Positions 12,980 to 24,729 of a stretch of 64,000 nucleotides of DNA are shown one piece after another. The first letter of the stretch is position 1. Each line of letters opens with the position of its first letter. A model generated the notes under the pieces. The model worked only from the letters and a program-made list of their open reading frames with translations, was not told where the DNA came from and ran no database searches. The DNA comes from Eutreptiella sp. 'Long Island Sound 2002' (lineage: Eukaryota > Protista > Euglenida), in the NCBI GenBank assembly GCA_964036045.1, contig OZ038378.1, positions 52,638,001 to 52,702,000 on the forward strand, given 5' to 3'. The position numbers and the translations under genes are program-made.

Positions 12980-13935
12980 TGCTACTGGAACAGCGTCTGG
13001 CCTGTGCTTGCCCGGTGCATGACACTCCGCCACTCAACATCCTCGTCCGTCTCCCCTTTCCGGACGCTTGTCTTCAGCATGTTCACCACATCAGCTGCAT
13101 TGTAGGGACCATTAGATAATAAACCCCATGCGAAGTTCAACAAGATAGGCAAGTGAATACAGCCCGAACTGATCCAGTCGGGGCGGCGGCCGTAGTATAG
13201 TGCCCACAGGCAGCGCGATGCATCAATATCCATGTGCGTGTCGTCCGTGTCGTCATTGCGGTCCTCCAACAAATTCACGAACCACAACCGGACCGCCAAA
13301 CCTAACCAGAGACCTGGAGTGAACGACTTTTGTGTGAGGAAGTGCGGCACGGCAGGGCCTAGACCATGGGTCTTCACAAGCAAAAAAGTTGACTGCTCCA
13401 ACAAATCAGGCTCTTCTCTGCGTCCTAGATGGCAGACAGCCATGCACAAAGCTGTTGGGTATAAATCTTCCAATTGCGAACGCAAGTGTTGTTCCGCGGC
13501 GATCAAATCCCCATGGTGTGCATCAGAGGCGCCAAGTACCCCTTGAGACAGTATCCGCACTAGGAATCCACCCTCCTCGCCAGGGGACTTCAACAATGAC
13601 GAGACTATACCTCAGCATTTTGATCTCATTGGGCAGTGCGGGCACGGATCGATCGTACGCCTAAATTTCTTCAAATTATGATCCCTTGCCGACAATGACC
13701 TTTGCCACATCGCCACCATACACCTCAATAGCCGGTTTCAACACTGGTCTCACAAGGACTCTGCGATGTGCTTCGACATTTTCTCGATCGCTAACGCATA
13801 GACGTGCCTTCAACAACGCCTAGAGCGGTGGCCACAGCGTAGACTCGCTGTACTCCCAGCTCCCTTGCCATGCACCAAAATTCGGGAGACGGTGATTACA
13901 ATTCTTCAAGATGCGACCCACCTCAGTCTTAGTAC
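12980..13935 (-). pseudogene. Decayed DNA amino-(N6A/N4C)-methyltransferase-like exon
   Basis: After a CAG acceptor (13937-13936) a long frame with scattered stops reads GTKTEVGRILKNC...KMLRYSLVIVEVPWRGGW (DPPW-like motif IV). Shifted frames downstream give FTPGLW, SGCGS and MDIDASRC, resembling the FxGxG SAM-binding region in beta-class order. Confidence 0.42.
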
Positions 13936-14029
13936 CTGTGTGCACAGGAGCCACAGACGAGAGCACGTTGCAATGATTCTAGCGATTCACCAATTAAAAG
14001 CGATGTGGCACAAAGTAAATTTGCATTTC

Positions 14030-15300
14030 TTGGGATTGTGGGCTCTGCTGAGCCGAGCACTCTCAAATTCTTAATATGACAGCTGAAATTGGTCAATGCG
14101 CTTGCCCTAGGCCTTGCACAGCCCAACATCGCCAAAAGGGTGAATTGGGGGTTGTCTGGGCGGGGGGCGGGGTCCTCGGACATCATCAAGCAAGGTTGCA
14201 CCGGTTAACTGCAGTGAAGTTGGGGAAGTTCCAACAAGCACAGCGTCTCTGTAGATCCGGTCGATCGGCATCCTCTGGGATCCTGGGGTCTGCAGAGCCT
14301 AGTACTCTCAAATTGGTAATATGTTGGCCGAAATTAATCAACGTGCCTGCTCTGGGCTATTCAAAGCCCGGCATGGCCAAAATGATGAATTGGGGGCTGT
14401 CTGGGGGAAGGGGGGGGGGCGTCCTCGGACATCATCACACAAGGTCGCACTACTCAACAACCGTGTAGTTGGGGAAGTTGCAACAGGCACAACATCTCTT
14501 TAGATCCAGTCAATGTGCATCCCATGGGATCCTGGGCTCTGCAGAGCCCAAAACTCTCAAATTGGTAATATGACGGCTCAAATTGGTCGATCTGCTTGCT
14601 GTGTGGTCTGCAGAGCCCAGCATGGCCAAAATGGTGAATTGTGGGGTTGTCTTGGGGGGGGGGGGGGTCCTCGGACATCATCAAGCAAGGTTGCACCGTC
14701 AACTGTAATGAAGTTGGGGAAATTCCAACAGGCACAGCTCCTCTGTAGATCCAGTCAATTGGCATCCTATGGGATCCGGGCCTTTGCAGAGCCCAGTACT
14801 CTCAAATTGGTAATATGACGGCTAAAATTGGTCAATGTGCGTGCTCTGCGCTCTGCAGAGACAAGCATGACCAAAATGGTGAATTAGGGGGCTGTCTAGG
14901 GGTGGGGGGGGCGTCCTCGGACATCATCAGGCCAGCTTGCACCAGTCAACAACAGTGAAGTTGCGGAAGTTCCAACAAGCACAGCTCCTGTGTAGATCCA
15001 GTCAGTTGGCATCCTGCGGGACCCTGGGCTCTGCAGAGCCTAGTGCTCTCCAATTGGTAACGTGACGGCTGAAATTGGTCATTGTGGAGGATCCAGAGCC
15101 CAGCACGGAAAATATGGTGAATTATGGGGTGTCTTGGCGGCGGGCGGGGGGGTTCTTTAAAAATCATCAGGCAAGATTGCACAAGGCAACATTAGTGAAG
15201 TTGCTGAAGTTCGAACAAGCAAAGCGTCTCTCCAGATCTAGTCCATCTGCATCCCATGGGATCTACGGCTCTCCAGAGCCCAGCAAACTCAAACTGCTTG
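14030..15300. repeat. Tandem array, ~246-bp unit, ~5.2 copies, two GGGCTCTGCAGAGCCC-like palindromes per unit
   Basis: Units start ~14030, 14276, 14525, 14770, 15017 and 15257, sharing tgggatcctgggctctgcagagccc, ctctcaaattggtaatatgac and gtcctcggacatcatc. Related monomers occur at ~6700-7170, 11435, 12140-12560, 17110-17200 and 21620. Confidence 0.92.
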
Positions 15301-15325
15301 GTGTCACATTAAAATCGGACATTAC

Positions 15326-16546
15326 GCTTGATCTACGCTCCTGTTGCAGCGGCGCAATGAATCCGATGTCTCACAACGACAGGCAGGGGGGTTTACAAGG
15401 CAACATGATACGTCTTGAAGGGTGGATGCGCTCAACCGGCATGTCGGGGTGACCAAAATGATACCACCAAAATTCCGCAGCGCGCAGCTTCTTTGCCAGC
15501 TTCTGGAAGCCCGATATTGTAACTTCGGCGAGGCCATGTAATTGCATACAGGCCACAAATTTTCGGGTTGCGTTCCAGCGGAGCATCGCATTGTATAAAG
15601 GGCAATCATCCGCTTGTGTTCCACCATCTTGCCGAGTGCGTCCGTGAAGGTGGTACCACACGCCAGGGTCATATGGGCAGCTGGCGTCATTCGCTTGAGG
15701 ATTGTCTTCGTGTTCCCGGATTTCGCAGTCAGCCCTGCCTCCTCAATTGCCTCACACATCAAGGTAACAAATGTCTTCTTACATTGTCTGTCCTCGGCCG
15801 CCATTTGTAGGAAATTGTTCAACAGTTGGGGTACACTGCTCTCACGTCCACTTTGTTGCGCCCTATTTTGTTGTCCCGCCCGCTTTCACCTGATCTTAAC
15901 GGATGTATCAAACTTAATGATGCGCACGTCAAAGTTGGTCATCCAACTCTCGACCTCGCCCATCCTTGCTGTCACATCCTTGCAAGTTTCATCACACGCC
16001 GCCATGCCGTGCCGGGCTCCAGTCACCCACAGGGCTCCCAATGAATACAGGAGCATGGCACATCACACAGAGCAAGCCAAGTAGCCGGTTACGTTGATTG
16101 AATTAGGACGCGACATTCCCATACCTTTGTCGTTTCCAGACCGGAAGCTGCAGTCGGCCATTAGGGGGGTTTGCAAGTAGATCCTCCTTCACCCCTACCA
16201 CGTGGTTCCAATCGATGAGCCTGTATTTTCCATACTCCATGCACCTGTCAATCTTCAATTTCTTGCGCGGCAGCTGCGTTCTGCTTACCTCCACGTAGTT
16301 TTGAATGGCCACTACGCTTGTGGAGTCCTTGATGCTATCCATGTTCCTTGCGACACGGCCCTTGTTCGCAACTTGCCAGGGGGATTGACTAGCCTGGCTG
16401 GCCCCAACAACAGTGCTGCCCTGTACAGCTTCCGCTACGGAGGCCTGTGGCTGCAGTGCATCCACCTTCTTGGTTTCCAGTGTGTCCATCGGTGGTGCCT
16501 CACCATCGTTGCGATCCATGGCAATGTCGTTGCGTATGTCACACAT
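15326..16546 (-). pseudogene. Decayed ParB/Srx-like N-terminal domain protein
   Basis: Frames read KYRLIDWNHVVGVKEDLLANPP..RLQLPVW, then after a shift LWVTGARHGMAAC (GxxH..AA motif), WMTNFDVRIIKFDT and AGQQNRAQQSG, continuing into ORF 15322-15822. Several stops and frameshifts. Confidence 0.48.
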
Positions 16547-17413
16547 GTCTCAGAAAGACACGGACTTTACAGGACAAATTTGGTCAGTAAAAAAAGCACG
16601 ACAAGCACACAGCTCACACCATCAATGATGGCAAATGGCACATTTGGACATCAAATTCGTCGGAACAAAGCATTCAATTCGGCACCCAAAGGGGTTGAAA
16701 CAGGCAAAATTGTCTTCAAAACAGGTTATCACCGCAAAGGCGTCTCAAATACAATGTCCACGGCACGCTGATGGTCACAGCATCAAACAGGCGCACCAAA
16801 GCGTCGCTCATTGACAGAGGTGTAGAGCAAGAGTAAAATTGGGCGTGTCCAAATGGCCTGCAACACCGGAGCCAAACTTTCTTGTGGCATTTTACCTTCA
16901 CACGTCGTAACAGCGTATCAGTGCAGTAGTGGCAGGCACATCTCTTCGAGGGTCATACACGCTGACGCAGCGGGTGCACACTGCAATACAAAAGCATGAA
17001 GATGTGTGCAGAGATCAAAGCATGGTGATGGCATGGTGCAAGATTGGTCTAGCCTTAGGAAAGTTACAGAAAATGACCAGATGGGGGTACATATCGGGTA
17101 ATGGTGACACGCTGGGCTCTGCAGGGCCCACAGTAACAAGAACCAGTAATACAACCCCTCAAAACTGCGTGTCGGTCAAAACTGGGCTCTCCGAACCCCA
17201 GACATTTGGGGGACAGCAATGATGGGGTTGTACGCATTAAAATGCTGATTGGGCTGTCTGGGGGGCGGGTCTACATTGCCACCCCCCTCGTGATCAGTCT
17301 GAATCTATCAAGTTGAATTCACGCACTCCTCACTGAGCACAACACATACAGTGCCATCAAAGGGGGCGTCAACATCTGCAGCATCCCTGGCCCGGATCAC
17401 AGGTACACCATCC

Positions 17414-18109
17414 TCAGGGGGGGGCACCCACATGATAAATGAACATTGCATTTGGTGCTGTGGGACCAATGTGCTGCATTGCAATTGGCATGACCCCAAT
17501 TGTTTCTACAGCTGACCGGGCCTCGCGGAGGTTCACAGTTGGCCTAAGTGGGATATGTTGCCGTATGTCATCCATGGCATCATCGCGGAACCCTTGTCCA
17601 CCTACCAGGGTGCACAAAAAGCGCTTTAGAATAGATTTCATAAACACAAAAGTTTGCGTACCACCGGTTCCCTTTCTGGGGAACACGTACGTTGTGTCCC
17701 TTTCTGCCTCAACGACACTGATTGGACCCGAGGACCATCGCACACTGGGATGCTCCTAACGTCCTACACCACGCATGGGTTCAACACCACCTCTACACAC
17801 ACACTTTTGGAGAGAGTCTCCGTTGCACGTCGCTGCTGATGGGGGGGGGCACGGTGCGGAAAGGGTCACGAGCCTCACCCGATGTGTGCTTGTCGGGGTG
17901 CTGCTTGCACCGTGCCCGCAATTTTGCGAGCAGGGCCTCACAGCATTGCTCCACATGGGCGGCACCGGGCGTGTCGTCGTGCCATTGCGTATGGTATAGA
18001 AATGCGCAGCATATGGTGCGGACACAGTCCATTTTCGTTGCAGCTGGACCGCGAAGGTCAACAAGTAGACCTGAACAACTTTGAAGTACACACGTGGCTA
18101 CTATACCCA
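17414..18109 (-). pseudogene. 3' half of a decayed DDE-type transposase-like gene
   Basis: Continues the 20304-21541 frame exactly once the insertion and one TSD copy are removed: ADGLGI|VATCVLQSCSGLLVDLRG...YHTQWHDDTPGAAHVEQCCEALL (candidate catalytic E). Confidence 0.6.
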
Positions 18110-19223
18110 GTTTTCCGTTGATGTACAAGGATCTCCCCGGGCTCCAAGTGCTAGTGCACTCTATACCGAGTTTTCCACTCTTGCGGATCTTGTCGAAGTT
18201 GTGCTACTTCCCGATGGTTTGGCACGGACGGCCACCTCACCCAATGAAGCCCAAGCATGCCGAATTTGGACAGTTACGGTTAGGGCCAAAATTTTGCTAG
18301 ACACAGTTGCCAAGGGCACACTTGGCCGTTGTACTGTTCAGGACATCCGTCGGAAGCTTACTGAGGATTGTGCAGTTATTACTCCAATGCTACAATCTGC
18401 ACATATCATCGCCACTCCTGCTGATGTGCATGAAGTGTTGCGCACCCTCGGCGTAGTGCAAATGCAACCAGTTGCGCCACCTACATTGCAAGCACCCATG
18501 CCCCCAAGTACTTGTTCGGATTCTTGTGCGCAAATAGTGCGGCCTGGCAACAATTTGCAAGAATACCAAAAGGCTTACAATGCTTCTACTGGTGACCATT
18601 GGTTTTGCTTGTGCGGGAAAAAGTTGTCCAGATCAGTGCGGCCAAGCAGTAGCACTTTTGAGCAACATTGCAAAACGAGCCAGCAACACTTGCGCTTCAT
18701 GCAAGAGAATCGCCCCCTTCAACCACGGGAACGCACATTGTTGACTTTTTTCCCGGCAAAACGGTCGAGTGGGAATCCCAGCCCGCAATCGACTCCTACC
18801 ATGCCTACGGCGACAAGCAACCCAATTCCCGAGCAATCCGTTGTGCCTGCAGAATTGCCACTCCCACCCCCACCATGTCCGAAAGTGCTGCCATTTGGAA
18901 TCAGAGATGCAAACCATTTACGCCGGGCATATCCACTACTACGCCACGGACATGAGAAGGCCTCATGGCGTCTAGTTGATGGCTTGGGCTTGGAATCGGT
19001 AGACCCGCCGTGTACAGGCGAAGGATCCTATGATTCCACGGGGTGCATTGTACCATGTTCCGCATGTGCTGGTGTGAGGGGTAGTGTGGTGCTGCATCAG
19101 TGGATGGTTGAGGCTAGAGAGCCAGACAAAGGTGTACAAGGTGTGAACCGGCTTTGGATCTCCATTGTGGGAACCGGCTTGGATGTCCATTGTGTGAACC
19201 GGCTTTGGATCTCCATTGTGTGA
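18110..19223 (+). CDS. 5'-truncated transposon ORF with a C2H2-like zinc finger and a second Cys cluster
   Basis: Open for ~370 codons; contains WFCLCGKKLS...STFEQHCKTSQQHL and a later PCTG...PCSAC; runs into the minisatellite at 19141. Confidence 0.55.
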
Positions 19224-19498
19224 ACCGGCTTTGGATCTCCATTGTGTGAACCGGCTTGGATCACCATTGTGGGAACCGGCTTTGGATCTCCATTGTGTGA
19301 ACCGGCTTTGGATCTCCATTGTGTGAACCGGCTTTGGATCTCCATTGTGTGAACCAGCTTGGATCTCCATTGTGTGAACCAGCTTTGGATCTCCATTGTG
19401 TGAACCGGCTTTGGATCTCCATTGTGTGAACCAGCTTGGATCTCCAATGTGTGAGCCGGCTTGGATCTCCATTGTGTGGCCCGGCTTGGATCTCCAAG
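19141..19498. repeat. Minisatellite, 25-26-bp unit x14 (gtgtgaaccggct(t)tggatctccatt)
   Basis: Fourteen contiguous, near-identical units counted directly. Confidence 0.97.
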
Positions 19499-20303
19499 GC
19501 AAGTAATTGTGGGGCAGGTGCCATACCTTGGCACCACGGCTGTGACGTGTCCATGGTTTGATGGTATGAAGTGAAACGGCCGGGTGGAAAGTTGGGCGTC
19601 GTGGGGTCCACAACGGACATGGGGCACCCGTTGAACGGCCAGGACGAGCCATCGAAACCACGCGGGGTCCATCACCTAGCACTGCAAGGTAATGGACACG
19701 TACACAGTGGCAAGGAAACCGGAACGGCCGGGTGGGAAGATTGACGTCGTGGGGTCCACAGTAGACTTGGAGCACCTACTGAACGGCCATGACGGGCGAT
19801 TGTACCCACGCGGGGTCCACCGGTTGCTTGCCCGGGTTCTCGCCCCATGCAGTGTGCATGGGGACTCTTACCGCCGACAAGAGGCCAGGGTGGGGCGCTA
19901 CGACACGATGCGTAGCCGGGAGTACTCGGGGGCCTTGGTGCCCTTAAACATAAATACCACCCGTGTCGGCGATGCATGTTGTTTGCTGGTTCATGACATT
20001 GTGCTGCGAAGCATGCCATGGAGAAGGGGCCACCGACGACTACATGTCGCAAATGCATGTTGGACATGGGCTAGTACCCCAAAGAGCCAAGCAGAGGAAT
20101 GCCAACGAGTAGCAAAGGCATGTTATGTGGTGGGAACACTGTGATTATGTGTGGTAGGTGCGACATGGGAAGAAAAAGTTTTTTCTGTAGGACCCACTTT
20201 TTTTCGTACCCCCCCCCCCCCCCTAGAGGGGGTCACCCCCGAAAAAAAATATCCCACCCGGTATCAAAAATTTTTTTCTTCCCCCCCCCCCTGACTATAC
20301 CCA

Positions 20304-21541
20304 ACCCGTCGGCGCGCCGAGCCCAAGTGCAATGACGTACCAAGTGTCCCAATACAAAGATGGCTGGGAGGTAATAATTCAGGAGGGATTCCTAGCCCCG
20401 AAGGATGCGCAACCCATCCTGTGTGCTTAGGGCTGCTTGGTCGGCACGTCCCTCAAACGGGGTAATTTTGTGCCAAATGTGTGCCCGCATGTCTTCTCAG
20501 GCTGCGAGAAGGAGCGCCGCGATAGTTTTCTCTGTGACAACCATTTTGGGGTGGTTACATATGCGCACATCGGCCCCAAACACGGGAGCGGTGATTTACC
20601 AAAACAAAGGAAAGAAGTTACGCCAGATGATATTGCAAACATGTTTGTAGGGCTGCCACACACCATAAATTAACGAGATACAACGCAACCAATCCGGATA
20701 ATTCCAGTCAATGGTTGCTCCAGAGTACAAAACCTGGAGCACCCGGTATTGGATGTTGCAGTCAACGAAATGCTATCGGGTTCTGACAATGCCGTTGGGT
20801 ACCGCGTAGCATATCGAGCAGATCCTAGAGCTCTTGGCTCTGACTTGTACGGGACTCATATATGCCAAATGGCTTCCAAAAGAGTTGCTATCTACCACCC
20901 TCCCCGGCAATATCGAGGGGGGCACGGATGGTCCTCCGAGAAATTGGTGCATTGCACATATCAGTGCACACCTTCAACATTTCTCTGTTATGGTACACAG
21001 CTGCCATGGCCTCTGTGTCTACCTAGTCCACTAGGTCATGCAAACTCAGATGACCAAGAAAAAGGCAAAGGGGGGTTGTGTGCAACACCGCCATTGCGGC
21101 GACATCTAGACAGACATTGGGTTTCGCTGAATCGGCCCGAAATTGGGCATGCCACCAGTTGTCCACCCGCACCACAATATCACGCCTAACAATGCTACGC
21201 CATAGTTTGCGGAACTGCAATGCCCTGTGGTCTGCAATAGACAACTGGGATGGCTTGGTGAGGTCAAGCGTCTTGCGCAACCGCTTGTTAACACGTCGAT
21301 CCGCATAGAATCGTATGAATTCCTCGGCCACACCATGGCGCACAGCCGATAATATCATTTGGCGACCAATGCACCATTCGTTCTTACAAAGAGATTGCAT
21401 GTAGCTGACATGCAACGCCATAGGAACCGGTGCCATAGTGCAAAGACAGTCTGGGTGGCACAACAAGAAAAGGCGGTAACTAGAGAAGAGGACTAGCAAT
21501 AGGTGTGGACATACCGTACATAGTGGAAGCTGATTTAACAC
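20304..21541 (-). pseudogene. 5' half of a decayed DDE-type transposase-like gene
   Basis: Motifs in order: IVVRVDNWW..FRAD (first D), FVDCNIQYRVL (second D), LIYGVWQPYKHVCN (GxW/FH-like), YLPAIFVLGHLVRHC. Several TAG/TGA stops and frameshifts. Confidence 0.55.
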
Positions 21542-22240
21542 GTGAGGTAACGCAAGTTAGGGCTTGAATTGCGGACAGTGTGCACAGAAGACATCAAATT
21601 AGATTGTTCCAAAAGGCCAAGCTGTGCAGAGCCTAGCATCGGGAAATTGGTAATGGCGGGTAGTGTAATAGACAGAGGGGACATAGGGAGCCACGAGCCA
21701 CGAGCAAGTAACTAAGAAGGGGTAACAGTAGCATTTGGCGCAGGCAGGGCGCTGTAGAGCCGAGAGACCCCAAAAGTGATAATTATGGGGTGCATAACAC
21801 ACATATGGGAACTAGGCCAAACACTTAATGGATCACATAGTTTTCCATATTTGGCTGATGGCACATCACGTAGTAATGACCACCGTGACCGATAGTGACC
21901 ATCTCGCTTTACCGGGACAGTAGATGGTTGTGGGGACACAGATTGAGCGACGGCCGGCGACAATGCTACATGCACATGTGGCAACAGTGAGTATCGCGGG
22001 GTCTGGTGCTTGTCCGCAGTAGCGGAAGTGGGCAATAGGCAAATGCGCTTGGGGAGGGGGGTGCAGGAGGGAAGCCCTTGGGGGTATCGCATTATCAAGC
22101 AGGGGCACCGGGGCACTAATGGAACGCCTACCACTGGAGGTAATTGAAGTGCGACTCAAGGCAGAGGGGGTGCTTCTATGTGGGAGGGTGGCCGCTATGT
22201 AGGAGTGTAAGGTGCAATACTCATGAACAACGACCATTGC

Positions 22241-22546
22241 AAGCTGGCCGACATTTCGGCCAGGTGTGTTGGAAGGGGAAACAATTGCTTACATTTGCAA
22301 AAATAGGAAAAGCTGGCCGAAATTACGGCAAACCAACAAAAAACCGGAATACGAGTGCTTGAAGAGTGAATAGACTAGAAACTTGGCCGAAATTTCCGCG
22401 AGCCGGAAGAAAAATGAAAATAACTATACCTATTCACTGAGAAACCAAAAAGCTGGCCGAAATTTCGGCCAGAAGGGACAAAAACCGCATATACACATAG
22501 TTGTTTGCAGTGTTACCCAAAAGTTGGCCTCAACTTCGGCCAGCTT
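22241..22546. repeat. Five palindromic motifs (consensus ctggccgaaatttcggccag) at ~70-bp spacing with divergent A-rich linkers
   Basis: Copies at ~22241, 22310, 22380, 22450 and 22521; 22453-22472 is a perfect 20-bp palindrome. Confidence 0.8.
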
Positions 22547-22569
22547 GAGAAAAACGTCAAATACAACAC

Positions 22570-23911
22570 ACTAGAAGAAGTGGATACATAAGGCTAACAC
22601 ATCAACACCTATTTCAATGGATGTCACACAGCGCTGGTAACAACATTGGTCACATATGTCAAATAGCATACTCAAATTAGACATGTACAATATGCTCACA
22701 TCGTGCATATACGGGGTCCTAGGGGGCGAGCAAGTTGTGACGCCTAAGAAGAAGTGGAAGTTTGTCACGATTGCCTTGTCGACACTTGTGCCAACAATCG
22801 ATATGGAGCTCACTCACGACAAGGTCGTTGTCCTCCTGAACACATGAACTGAGGCCACGAATGAGGACGACAATGATACACGGACAAAAATATTCATTGC
22901 ACCAGTCATTTAGCGCCATGGTGTGCTAGCTACCTTCGCAGCAAGACCTTACGCAGCGGTGTGTTCCATTCCTTGACCATTGTGCAGTCTATAGTCGGTT
23001 TCGTCCTCGAAACGCTCTGCAGAGGGTTCCTCCCCTGTTTTCGATTAAAATGGGTCTGTCTGAGTGTGTTTTGATTGTAGATATTTTGGGAACCGGGACA
23101 AGATGGTACAGAGGACATTCATCCCCTAAATGGCAAGTTGCTGATGACAGAAGTACCTATTTAGATTGTTGGCAAGCCTGTGGACGTGAAACACATTGGT
23201 CCCTCGCTGCAGGACCTGGACGGAACTCAAGAATGGCAGTGGACGCATATTTGGATATATGATCGATCAACAAGCCACAGTGCGTACCCATACTCCGAAC
23301 GGCTGGTAGTGATAGGCACATCAAACAAATTGACTGTGAAGGTCCCAAACTACATCAATATGGATTAGGGGTCGTGTGCATCTCAAATCACTATTGGTAT
23401 TGCTAGATGGTTGTTGCAAGTGCTTGGTATCGTGCCACCGCCACAGCGGGCCGCCGGTGAGGAGCCTTGGATTCTCTGCTGCGCCCCATATGATCAGTTG
23501 CTTGCCCGGTTGTGTAATGGACTGGTTATGAATATCAACATGGGTCTAGGATACATTGGAGAGCTTTCTGGTTTGCAGCAATTCATTTCTGATAGCCGGG
23601 AGACAATGCAAGTACTGGATGCCTTGTACACCATTGGCTGGGCTAGATGGATGAAGGATATTGTCAATGGGATGCCGGTCGGGGTGGAGAAAGTGAAATG
23701 CGAGGAGAGTGATGACGATGTGTATGAAATTGGCGAGGATGACGACAATAGCTTGGAGCCTCAAAAGAGAACCACACCAGCAAAAAGGAAAAGACAGAGC
23801 CAGCGGCAAGATGCCAGGGAGGACAGCGATGACCGCTCCAGTTCCAGTACTGGTGGAGGAAACAAGCCCTTCAAACCTCCACGGAGCCGGATGCGTTCCA
23901 CAACAGGGTGA
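22570..23911 (+). pseudogene. Decayed gene of unknown function with an acidic/basic low-complexity tail
   Basis: Chained protein-like fragments 22656-22847, 23180-23368 and 23411-23911 are separated by stops and shifts. Confidence 0.4.
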
Positions 23912-24383
23912 AGAGTGCAACAGCCGCCAAACTAAAGACCAAGGCGGCGAGTAAGAACAAGTAATGGGTGCTGTAGGCGACTGTTTCTATTAGTTTGGCT
24001 ATTTCGGCCCCCGCGTTCCAACAGGCAGTGGTTTGCGACATGGTATGCTTCTTTTTTAGTCTGCAATTGAAGAACGCTTTGCACAGCATTCTTGAGCGAA
24101 TTTGCATTTTTACATTGCTATATTGGTGCATTTTACTATGTTATGCCTCAGCAACAGTACACATAGGTGTGAGGTTTGACTATGTTTTCTTCAATATGTA
24201 TTCATTCACAAAGTTCATTATCTTTGTTACCGCACCCTGGTTGTTCAGTAATACAATACGCTTGAGCATACCTACTTGTATCAACGTATTATGTGTTGTC
24301 CACTGCTTGCCTGTTTTTGCTTGGTACCCTGCTCTTTTCATTTCCAGGTGATTCATAGGTTTCTATCTAATTTCTAATCTATT

Positions 24384-24426
24384 AATAAATAATAAATAAT
24401 AATAATAAATAATAATAAATAATAAA
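24384..24426. repeat. (AAT/AAAT)n microsatellite
   Basis: aataaataataaataataataataaataataataaataataaa. Confidence 0.85.
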
Positions 24427-24729
24427 GCAACCACACACCACCAACGCATGGATGCACCCTGCGTGAAGCAGCCGTTTGAATGGGAGATTCACGGTAGTGC
24501 ACATTTGGCTACTTTTTGCAGTGTTTTGCGCGGAACTTGGTGCCATCGTGTGCGTTTCTCATGCTATCTTCGCCAAAATCGTGGTACAATAAATGTGTGC
24601 AACTTTGAGGTTTTAACTAGCCACGTGGTTCAACATATTCGGTGGTTCGGTCGAATATGATATTCACACACCGTTATTCACACATATATTCACGCAAGAC
24701 TCTCACAATTCCGCGACTGTGCATTTTGT

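Larger units (their letters stand above)
18110..20293 (+). mobile_element. 2.2-kb insertion with a 10-bp target-site duplication, starting mid-ORF and ending in a C-run
   Basis: ACTATACCCA lies at 18100-18109 and 20294-20303; excision restores the host frame. Confidence 0.85.

Noticed and set aside
19141-19498. CRISPR array, or coding repeat ORFs on the minus strand (18972-19775, 19097-19675)
   Set aside because: Units are contiguous with no spacers; the long ORFs result from a stop-poor minisatellite.
22241-22546. CRISPR array
   Set aside because: Repeats are degenerate in the middle of the array, linkers are uniformly A-rich, no cas genes are present and the context is eukaryotic.
23369-23911. 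Second DNA methyltransferase (QITIGIARWLLQVL...EPWIL as a QKP..L...VLD-like motif)
   Set aside because: The resemblance is too weak; no DPPY-like or FxGxG motif was recovered in any frame.
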